Virus record (IMG/VR): IMGVR_UViG_3300029608_000062
Location: 1 to 11,864 of that record
Reading direction: 5' to 3' (one strand)
From: a virus
DNA: 11,864 nucleotides
Both the position numbers and the translations under genes were made by a program. Every line of letters begins with the position of its first letter. Positions within the stretch are counted from its first letter, which is position 1. Shown here piece by piece: positions 6,005-11,659 of the stretch. Under the pieces are notes generated by a model. The model had not been told where the DNA came from, searched no databases, and saw only the letters and a list, made by a program, of their open reading frames with translations.

Positions 6005-6354
6005 TGCCGCATTTCCTCCAAAGCCGTTAAACGCTCTGCAAGGTCGTTCTGATCGGTCAGGCGCACGGCATAATCAAGGGCGATTTTCGCGGCGTTTACT
6101 CTGGCGGCGGGGTTTATTTCCTCATCCTCCATGACCGTTTGCAATGTGGATAATGCAGGCTCTAATAGCTGCTGCGCCCTGCGCGTTGCGTCCTGTACTA
6201 CTCCGGCAAATGCTTCCCGGTATCGCTGGCAAAATTCGGGGTTTTCAAAATAGCGCCTCATGGTGCGGTCTGTGATCCCCGCTTTCTCTGCCGCCTCTAA
6301 CTTCGTTTTCGAGGTCAAGAGCGCAGATAAGGCGCGTTCTTCATTGGGTGTCAT
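6001..6354 (-). CDS. terS: Putative terminase small subunit (HTH-containing), 117 aa
   Basis: Sits immediately upstream of terL and is translationally coupled to it (ATGA at 6001-6004). N-terminal HTH-like KLEAAEKAGITDRTMRRYF followed by a helical tail. The start is trimmed to ATG 6354 (SD AAAGGAG; ATGA overlap with the upstream gene). The call rests mainly on position. Confidence 0.6.
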   Translation of the reverse strand: MTPNEERALSALLTSKTKLEAAEKAGITDRTMRRYFENPEFCQRYREAFAGVVQDATRRAQQLLEPALSTLQTVMEDEEINPAARVNAAKIALDYAVRLTDQNDLAERLTALEEMRQ

Positions 6355-6713
6355 TCGCTGCGCTCCTTTCCGATTTCTTCCGCTTTTTTCCGCTGGTAAA
6401 GCTCTATCCAGTCCGCAAGCGTCATGCAAACAAGCCACTTTGCACGGTTTTTTCTCCAAAAGACAGCCGGTAAACCATCTTTGAATTTTTCGCTATCTCT
6501 CTGCGCCTGCTGAATCCACTCATAAAGCGCCTGCCTTTCTCCGCGCTTGCACTCAATATGTACGCCCTCAAGCCCTGTTAGATCGGGCGTACTGCCATAG
6601 CTCACGGCCTCGCCAGGCTGCACGGGGTATCCGTATTCCTGCAAGAGGCGGCAAAGCTCCAGCTCCCCGGCGCGGCCTTTCGCTTGTGATCTTTTCCCGC
6701 TCAGTTCGTTCAC
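6351..6713 (-). CDS. PD-(D/E)XK nuclease, Hjc-like Holliday-junction-resolvase fold, 120 aa
   Basis: Motif spacing E17 (GRAGELE), D44 (TPDL) and E54-x-K56 (IECK) matches the E-D-ExK arrangement of archaeal-Hjc-type resolvases. GTG start at 6713. Confidence 0.6.
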   Translation of the reverse strand: MNELSGKRSQAKGRAGELELCRLLQEYGYPVQPGEAVSYGSTPDLTGLEGVHIECKRGERQALYEWIQQAQRDSEKFKDGLPAVFWRKNRAKWLVCMTLADWIELYQRKKAEEIGKERSE

Positions 6714-6716
6714 CCC

Positions 6717-7070
6717 CTAAAAAAGCTCCTCGAAAAATCTTAGTTCCCGAATCCGTCCGGAAAAGAAATGATTTATCCGATAGTTGCAATTTTTGAATGG
6801 TGTCTGAAAATATTTGTCAATCAGCATCGTGTAACAATCCGGGTCAATGTCTACAATTGAACCGCATCTGTCGCGCTGCTCCACATAAGGCATGTCAAGC
6901 ATAATGCGGACAATTTGGCTTGCCCTGATTGGCGGGTGCGGTTCCCCTCGCACTTCTTCGTATTTCTCGAAAAAGTAGCGAAACACGTTTAGCGTTTCTT
7001 CAAGACTGTAAGCCCCTCCGGGGTATACACTGGCGGCAATTCTTGAAAACTTGTCAAAATCAAAAAGCAT
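6717..7070 (-). CDS. 117-aa hypothetical protein
   Basis: ORF with SD GAGGAAAG before ATG 7070. No motif recognised. Confidence 0.7.
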   Translation of the reverse strand: MLFDFDKFSRIAASVYPGGAYSLEETLNVFRYFFEKYEEVRGEPHPPIRASQIVRIMLDMPYVEQRDRCGSIVDIDPDCYTMLIDKYFQTPFKNCNYRINHFFSGRIRELRFFEELF

Positions 7071-7140
7071 TTCTCTTTCCTCGATTCAAGAGCGGGGGGC
7101 GTGGACGCGCTAGCGTCCTCCCTCCTACTGTGTGAAAACG

Positions 7141-7277
7141 TAAGTTTTCCCTCCTATTCTCTCGCTCTGTTTCTTCCTCTTCCTCTTACTCTTACTCTTA
7201 GTAACTTCGTGACGTTTTGCCGTCACAATGTTACACCAGTGACCGGGGTTTTTAGTGCTCACCGTCACAATGTGACG
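7141..7277. repeat. ori-like region: strand-asymmetric pyrimidine tract with tandem hexamers plus GTGAC/GTCAC palindromes
   Basis: 7141-7200 is almost pure pyrimidine on the plus strand and contains tandem CCTCTT CCTCTT ACTCTT ACTCTT (7176-7199). CCGTCACAATGT occurs at 7220-7231 and 7262-7273. CGTCACAaTGTGACG (7263-7277) is a 7-bp-arm palindrome, and GTGACG (7209-7214) pairs with CGTCAC (7221-7226). The region lies at and after the 3' end of the replisome-organizer gene. Confidence 0.5.
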
Positions 7278-7650
7278 ATTTGCGTTCTCGCAATCGCCGC
7301 ATTCTTGCCGCTGAATCGCTTTCGCTTCCCGTATTTGATACGGCTTCTGGCATAAAAAAGCTAGTGTCTGTAATGTCTTCAACGAGCTTATAGCGGCGAA
7401 GAATTGCGATTGCGTTTGCTACGTTGTCCACATCTTCATTGATAGCGAACGCAATTTCTTTTGCAAAGGTTTCATCATATCCGTTATAGGAAAGAACGCC
7501 ATCCGTGCGCAGGCTTGCAAGCTGCATTTTCAAATAAATGATTGTGAAAACTTCCCCGCCTGCCTGTTTTCTCAATCGGCGCATTCCCTCAGAATTGAAA
7601 TACCCTTCTTTCAGTTTCAACCACCAAAATCTTTTCTTGTCTTCTGCCAT
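7252..7650 (-). CDS. Phage replisome organizer, N-terminal-domain protein (132 aa)
   Basis: KKRFWWLKLKEGYFNSEGMRRLRKQAGGEVFTIIYLKMQLASLRTDGVL...NVANAIAILRRYKLVE matches the pattern YWLKLKE-FF...IK.L....GG..Y.IIYLKL.L.SL of replisome-organizer N-domains. Confidence 0.75.
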   Translation of the reverse strand: MAEDKKRFWWLKLKEGYFNSEGMRRLRKQAGGEVFTIIYLKMQLASLRTDGVLSYNGYDETFAKEIAFAINEDVDNVANAIAILRRYKLVEDITDTSFFMPEAVSNTGSESDSAARMRRLRERKSSHCDGEH

Positions 7651-7654
7651 TCGC

Positions 7655-7927
7655 TTAAATCTCCATTTCCAGAATTTGAATCCTTAAAATTATGTTCTTC
7701 GCTTTCCATGAAGATTCTGTCTTCATGTCTTCTTTCTTGCCCACATCCTGTGCAACAATGTGCTTATACGCCGCCCCGACATCCTCGGCGGGCATTTCTA
7801 AAAGCCTTTCTTTCAATCGCCGGAGTTCGTATTTCTTTTTCGCCCTTGTAATGTCCGCCTGAAAAAATGTCTCTGCAAGCTCTTCCCCAAAATATTCTGC
7901 AAAGTCTGCATATCTCCCTATTAGCAT
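7655..7927 (-). CDS. 90-aa hypothetical protein (MLIGRYADFAEYFGEELAETFF...)
   Basis: The start is trimmed to ATG 7927, 6 nt after AAGGAG. The track start at 7960 would overlap the upstream gene. Confidence 0.7.
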   Translation of the reverse strand: MLIGRYADFAEYFGEELAETFFQADITRAKKKYELRRLKERLLEMPAEDVGAAYKHIVAQDVGKKEDMKTESSWKAKNIILRIQILEMEI

Positions 7928-7929
7928 AT

Positions 7930-8190
7930 TTAACTCCTTTCCACGGCATCCGCCGCGCATAAAATTTCTTTCGCCCTGTGCCGCATGGAGCGGACAAAGC
8001 GCGCCTTTTCTTCCTCGTTTGCAGGAAGGTAATAGCCAGTCTGGTTGTTGCTCAGTATGGCCGCGCCCGCTCGTCTCTCGGCGGAGATCATAGCGCGGAC
8101 GACTCGACCGTCAAGGCCGGTTATTCCCGCCAAATCTCGAAGCGGAACGGCGTTAGCCTGCCCGTAGCGCAGAAGATCAGCTATTTTCAT
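7930..8190 (-). CDS. 86-aa putative winged-helix DNA-binding protein
   Basis: The start is trimmed to ATG 8190 (MKIADLLRYGQANAVPLRDLAGITGLDGRVVRAMISAERRAG...). The HTH-like segment is recognised by eye only. Confidence 0.5.
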   Translation of the reverse strand: MKIADLLRYGQANAVPLRDLAGITGLDGRVVRAMISAERRAGAAILSNNQTGYYLPANEEEKARFVRSMRHRAKEILCAADAVERS

Positions 8191-8368
8191 CGGACAGGAA
8201 CCTTTCCAGCTCGTCAAGGTTGATCAGCGTAAACGTATAGCTTCCGTTTACGGGCTTGATCGTACCATCTTTGACCCATCTGCGCAGCAGACGTTCGTTG
8301 ATGTAAGTTCCGGGGTCTTGCGCCTTGATCTCTGCAACTGCTTTCGGAATAGTTCTAATTCGTACCAT
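8177..8368 (-). CDS. 63-aa excisionase-like (Xis/MerR-type HTH) DNA-binding protein
   Basis: Strong SD AAAGGAG 6 nt before ATG 8368. The layout TIPKAVAEI...INERLLRRWVKDGTIKPVNG..FTLINLDELERFL resembles Tn916-Xis / HTH_17 excisionases. It is the first gene after int. Confidence 0.5.
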   Translation of the reverse strand: MVRIRTIPKAVAEIKAQDPGTYINERLLRRWVKDGTIKPVNGSYTFTLINLDELERFLSDENS

Positions 8369-8387
8369 TGTAAACTCCTTTCAATTC

Positions 8388-8445
8388 AAAAAAATAAAAA
8401 GTGCCCACCGCTCACGCACTGTTACCATGCGTAAGTGATAGGCAC
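8388..8445 (-). terminator. Very strong, strand-specific intrinsic terminator between int and the Xis-like gene
   Basis: In minus-strand RNA the 18-nt arms GUGCCUAUCACUUACGCA / UGCGUGAGCGGUGGGCAC pair at 17 of 18 positions (3 G-U, 1 A-C mismatch) around a 9-nt loop, then UUUUUAUUUUUUU follows (A-run 8388-8400). On the plus strand the same arms would have 4 mismatches. Confidence 0.8.
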
Positions 8446-8503
8446 AAAGGCACACGCAAAAAGGAAATTTCTCACCTTAAAGCTACTTCATTCAGTTTTC
8501 TTT

Positions 8504-8532
8504 ATTGTATCACAAAATTGTATATTTTGCAA
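8504..8532 (-). promoter_or_regulatory. Minus-strand promoter immediately after the int stop codon
   Basis: -35 TTGCAA (8527-8532), 17-nt spacer, extended -10 TGaTACAAT (-10 hexamer at 8504-8509). Confidence 0.55.
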
Positions 8533-8535
8533 GCG

Positions 8536-9918
8536 TTATGCGTTCTTTTTATGAAAAATAGTTTCGCTTATACAGTCTGCTGTCTTGCGCTTTGCTTCGT
8601 CTATGGCGTGCGCGTATGTGTCAAGCGTCGTCGACACGTCAGAATGTCCCAACATTCCAGCCACGGTCAGCGCGTCCACGCCATTTGAAAGCAAAATAGA
8701 GGCGGCAGAGTGGCGGAAAAGATGCGGGTTAATGTGCGGCAGGTCATGGCGCTTGCAAAATTCATCAAGTTCGAGATTCACTGTTCCCGGATTCATCGGC
8801 GCACCGTCCCACCTTGTAAAAACAAGGTTGCTGTTTTTCCAAAGGTCGCCCAACTTCAACCGCTCTTCTGCTTGCCTTGCCCGCAATCTGCGTAAAAGCT
8901 CCGCCGTTTCTTTTGGTATCGCTACTTTGCGGCTATTTCCGGTCTTTGTCGTTCCACTTTGTATGCCGGTTTCAGGAAGATAGATCATGCTTTTGTCGAT
9001 CAAAATTTCACGCCGGTCAAAGTCCACCTTCTCCCACGTCAAGGCGAGGGCTTCACCCCTGCGGCAGCCCGTCGAAATAAAAAGGGTTATCAATGCACGG
9101 AACGGCAGCGGTTCGGCTTCCAGCGCGGTCAGAACGGCTTTTAGCTGCTCCGGCTGCAATGTCTTACTTTCCCGAACGCGCTTTTTCTTTGGCAGCGTCA
9201 CCCGCTCGGCGGGGTTGTATTTGATGATCATTTCTTTGTATGCCTGTCCGAGCACTGTAGAAATAATGGCGTGATAATCTCGAACTGTTCCAGGAGACAG
9301 TGCTTTCCCCTCACCTGTCAGCTTGAAAAGATCTTTGCGGCCTAATTTTTCCTCAATAATAGCGGCATTTTTGCGGCTGATTGGCTGGTTTTCGCATAGT
9401 CTACGAATCAAGTTCCCATAAACGCCGCATTTTTCCGCAAAAGCTTTGCGCGTCTCACCCTCAGGAATAAGCGCATTAAAGTCAACGGTAGGAAGCGCGA
9501 ATACCTGCCACCGGCAGGCGCCAGGCTCTGAAAGCTTCTTGTAAAGATCATTCAAGGTCTTTGGACGAATTTCTTGTATTGGTATTTGCCCTATGTATTC
9601 GTTGATTCGTTCGGTTTGCCGGCGGACGCGGGCTAGCGTTTGCGGCTTGTCTCCGCGCTGCTCCCTGATAGTGTAGCAGTATGCGGCATACTCCGCGAAT
9701 GTCTGCCTGTTGTCTGCTTGGAACCCGTTTATCAGGTCTTGTTCAAACTCGGTCGCTACTCGCTGTAACTCCCGGTTCAATTCTCTCGCGGACATAGGCT
9801 TTTCCGGTTTCCACGTCTTGTAGTGCCTGATTTGTCGATCAATGGAATCACGGCCGAGCGTGACCGTGATTTTGTACGCCGTTCCATGTTTCCCCTCGAT
9901 TTTCCTGATACTCGCCAT
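8536..9918 (-). CDS. int: Tyrosine site-specific integrase, 460 aa, with an N-terminal arm-type (AP2-like) DNA-binding domain
   Basis: Catalytic signature TGCRRGE (Arg), HLFRHS (His-x-x-Arg), LGHSDVSTTLDTYAH (His ... Tyr). The N-terminus MASIRKIEGKHGTAYKITVTLGRD is typical of arm-binding domains. SD AAAGGAG lies inside the end of the upstream gene. Confidence 0.95.
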   Translation of the reverse strand: MASIRKIEGKHGTAYKITVTLGRDSIDRQIRHYKTWKPEKPMSARELNRELQRVATEFEQDLINGFQADNRQTFAEYAAYCYTIREQRGDKPQTLARVRRQTERINEYIGQIPIQEIRPKTLNDLYKKLSEPGACRWQVFALPTVDFNALIPEGETRKAFAEKCGVYGNLIRRLCENQPISRKNAAIIEEKLGRKDLFKLTGEGKALSPGTVRDYHAIISTVLGQAYKEMIIKYNPAERVTLPKKKRVRESKTLQPEQLKAVLTALEAEPLPFRALITLFISTGCRRGEALALTWEKVDFDRREILIDKSMIYLPETGIQSGTTKTGNSRKVAIPKETAELLRRLRARQAEERLKLGDLWKNSNLVFTRWDGAPMNPGTVNLELDEFCKRHDLPHINPHLFRHSAASILLSNGVDALTVAGMLGHSDVSTTLDTYAHAIDEAKRKTADCISETIFHKKNA

Positions 9919-9921
9919 TGT

Positions 9922-10083
9922 TTAAGCTCCTTTCCTGTCTCGAATGTTCATCACCCCTTCCCATTTGCATTTCTTGCAAAACGTTATAACGCCGCTGCAA
10001 ATAGCGTCAGGGGTTAATTTGTGAAGCTTCTGGCCGCAGACCGGGCAGCAATACCACAACTGTCCGTTTATCAACCTAACCAC
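9922..10083 (-). CDS. 53-aa Cys-rich zinc-ribbon protein (Cys_rich_KTR-like), translationally coupled to int
   Basis: CPVCGQK...FCKKCKWE matches the CPVCG.KTR...CPKCK pattern. GTG 10083 lies 8 nt after AAGGAG (10092-10097). The 114-aa track ORF (to 10266) would run through the repeats and the promoter. Confidence 0.6.
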   Translation of the reverse strand: MVRLINGQLWYCCPVCGQKLHKLTPDAICSGVITFCKKCKWEGVMNIRDRKGA

Positions 10084-10098
10084 GCCGCCCTCTCCTTT

Positions 10099-10371
10099 CT
10101 TGGCGCACACTTGGCGCACAATTTCGGTAAATAGGCTGAAACAGGCTGTAGTTTTGGCGCACAGTTCAAGAGTAAAACGCCCAATTTTGCGTAGAAGCCA
10201 CAACGTTTTCGCGTGGTTGGTAAGAATATTGTATATTCTTGGGGCAAATATTACAACTCGCAACATTGCACAAATTTAATAACTATTTTTCTCTGTTTCA
10301 GCCTAATATACCTGTTTTTGTTGCCGCTTTTGTTCCTTCTCTAGTTTCTTGGCGCACATTCTTGGCGCACA
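10099..10371. repeat. Five same-orientation copies of (C/T)TTGGCGCACA plus a 12-bp inverted repeat: candidate integrase arm-type sites / attP or operator array
   Basis: TTGGCGCACA occurs at 10100-10109, 10111-10120, 10154-10163, 10349-10358 and 10362-10371. AGGCTGAAACAG (10133-10144) is the reverse complement of CTGTTTCAGCCT (10293-10304). All lie in a 297-bp non-coding gap upstream of the KTR-int pair. Confidence 0.7.
10228..10256 (-). promoter_or_regulatory. Candidate promoter of the KTR-int pair, with a palindrome over its -10 box
   Basis: -35 TTGTAA (10251-10256), 17-nt spacer, -10 TACAAT (10228-10233). The inverted repeat AAGAATA-n5-TATTCTT spans 10222-10240. Confidence 0.5.
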
Positions 10372-10380
10372 AGTTGAAAA

Positions 10381-10716
10381 TCAACGCCGTTTTTTAACGG
10401 AATCCGCCCACGAGGAAGCGAAGATTCGCAAAAGACTGATATCTTCTTCCGAACCATTCTCGCAGATCGTTGCCAAACTGCGCATCAACGCGCCGTATTC
10501 GTCAAGCAGACTGCGGTTTTGGCTGACGGCCTTCGCCATCCGGAACAGAGCGGCGGCAATGGCGGGGAAATAGCCGTCGGTTTTGTTTTCGTCAAGGGTG
10601 CGCAGATTCTTTTCAAGCTGCGTGAACAGCGCGTCCGCAGTCTTCGGCAGGCGCTTGCAGTTGGTTTCACTCAGGAAGCGCGCATAAGCGGCTTCGGTTT
10701 CCTTCATAGTAAGCAT
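10381..10716 (-). CDS. 111-aa hypothetical protein (MLTMKETEAAYARFLSETNCKRLPK...)
   Basis: The start is trimmed to ATG 10716, 7 nt after AAGGAG. Predicted helical; no motif recognised. Confidence 0.7.
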   Translation of the reverse strand: MLTMKETEAAYARFLSETNCKRLPKTADALFTQLEKNLRTLDENKTDGYFPAIAAALFRMAKAVSQNRSLLDEYGALMRSLATICENGSEEDISLLRIFASSWADSVKKRR

Positions 10717-10729
10717 ATTGAGTCTCCTT

Positions 10730-10999
10730 TCAATCATCAAATCTGTACACAAAGCCCTCCGGCAGAAGGTTGACAATCTGGCAGGCAGGAATTACACAAT
10801 CCGGGAGCGGACAGGTGAAGCAGCTGGCGCTGTAAGGGCAGGTTGCTGTGCTTGTGTTCTTCCTGTGCTTTTTCGGTGACCTTGCTGCTCTGAGAAGGTT
10901 TGAAACGGTGGCGTGGTTCTTTTTGAGCATGGCGGCAATCTCTTTGACGCTAAAGCCGCGCTCATAGAGGTCATAACACTCAAACTGCTTTCTGGTCAT
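10730..10999 (-). CDS. 89-aa sigma-70 region-4-like HTH protein with a Cys-rich tail
   Basis: MTRKQFECYDLYERGFSVKEIAAMLKKNHATVSNLLRAA resembles region-4/LuxR-type HTH proteins found on Firmicutes mobile elements (compare Tn916 orf7-like). The C-terminus is CPYSASCFTCPLPDC. The start is trimmed to ATG 10999. Confidence 0.6.
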   Translation of the reverse strand: MTRKQFECYDLYERGFSVKEIAAMLKKNHATVSNLLRAARSPKKHRKNTSTATCPYSASCFTCPLPDCVIPACQIVNLLPEGFVYRFDD

Positions 11000-11333
11000 G
11001 GTGAAGCCTCTCTTTCTGCGCCCGCACAGCGTCTGCGTTGGCTTTGGCACGTTCGGCGCTTTCGATGTACCCTTTTACGCCCTGTGCGTCATAATGCCCG
11101 GTTTGTAGATGGTATTCCAGCACGGAATCTGAGAGAATGTCGGAAACAATCCACAGACGGTATCCGATTGTCTCAGTGTCGTAGTCGGTGAGCTTCTTCT
11201 GTTCCCGGTCTCCGAAGTAGTCTTCCAGCAGATCATAGAGCAGCTTTCCGGCCTGATCGATTTTCAGAAATGCGCTGTCAAGCGCTGTTTCAATCGTCAC
11301 GCGTTCTTCTCTTGTCGTTCTGGAAATGAACAT
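10980..11333 (-). CDS. 117-aa hypothetical protein (MFISRTTREERVTIETALDSAF...)
   Basis: The start is trimmed to ATG 11333, 9 nt after AGGAGG. It overlaps the downstream gene by 20 nt. Confidence 0.7.
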   Translation of the reverse strand: MFISRTTREERVTIETALDSAFLKIDQAGKLLYDLLEDYFGDREQKKLTDYDTETIGYRLWIVSDILSDSVLEYHLQTGHYDAQGVKGYIESAERAKANADAVRAQKERLHHDQKAV

Positions 11334-11334
11334 A

Positions 11335-11646
11335 TCAATTTTCCTCCTTCGTCTGCACAACGGGGAGCATTTGCAGCGTGTCTGCGGTAAGAGAAACCAA
11401 CTGCTCAACTGCAAACAGCGCTGCGCCCAGCGCGTCAAAGTTCTCTTCCATCCATTCCCGGGCGGCCTTGTCCAGATCGCCGCCGGTCTCCTCTGCGTAC
11501 TCTTCCAGAATCCCCTCGCAGGTTAGACCGTGAATCATCGGTTCAAGCACGTGTTCAAGAAGCCCATGCGCAGATACGGCGTTCAGTTCAGCGCCGATCA
11601 GTTCCGCCTTGAGCGCGGCGGGGGCGATAATATATCTTTCGTCCAT
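11335..11646 (-). CDS. 103-aa acidic hypothetical protein
   Basis: ATG 11646 lies 5 nt after GGGAGGG, directly after the stop of the junction-spanning gene. Confidence 0.7.
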   Translation of the reverse strand: MDERYIIAPAALKAELIGAELNAVSAHGLLEHVLEPMIHGLTCEGILEEYAEETGGDLDKAAREWMEENFDALGAALFAVEQLVSLTADTLQMLPVVQTKEEN

Positions 11647-11659
11647 AATTGCCCTCCCG

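Noticed and set aside
5348-6052. 234-aa plus-strand ORF (similar ones at 4937..5245 and 5901..6134)
   Set aside because: It is antisense to terL, which carries unmistakable terminase motifs. It has no SD and no recognisable motifs.
7103-7118. Hairpin GGACGC-gcta-GCGTCC between the ori-like region and the next gene, considered as a terminator
   Set aside because: No U-tract follows it on either strand. It may belong to the ori-like structure but cannot be called a terminator.
7101-7382. ORFs 7101..7355 (+) and 7125..7382 (-) across the ori-like region
   Set aside because: Their translations are driven by the pyrimidine/purine tract and the repeats (poly-Lys/Ser/Arg or Leu/Pro/Ser runs). They overlap the well-supported replisome-organizer gene and have no SD.
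10160-10185. tRNA 3'-end fragment (GTTCAAG T-loop-like string) as an att core; the other non-coding gaps were also scanned for GGTTCGAAT-type T-arms
   Set aside because: No complementary T-stem flanks the GTTCAAG string and no acceptor or CCA-like context is present. No convincing tRNA or tmRNA fragment was found anywhere in the window.
9922-10266. Full-length 114-aa version of the Cys-rich ORF
   Set aside because: The N-terminal 61 codons cover three TTGGCGCACA repeats, the 12-bp inverted-repeat arm and the promoter at 10228-10256. An internal GTG with a good AAGGAG gives the 53-aa zinc ribbon instead.
10099-10371. Whether the TTGGCGCACA copies could be a CRISPR array
   Set aside because: The repeats are only 10-11 bp with irregular spacers of 1, 2, 33 and 185 bp, and there are no cas genes. 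This is not CRISPR-like.
10381-10400. Terminator after the 111-aa gene (CCGTT-aaaa-AACGG hairpin)
   Set aside because: It has only a 5-bp AT-containing stem and a poor U-tract on the minus strand, which is too weak to call. This is why read-through into the repeat region is considered possible.
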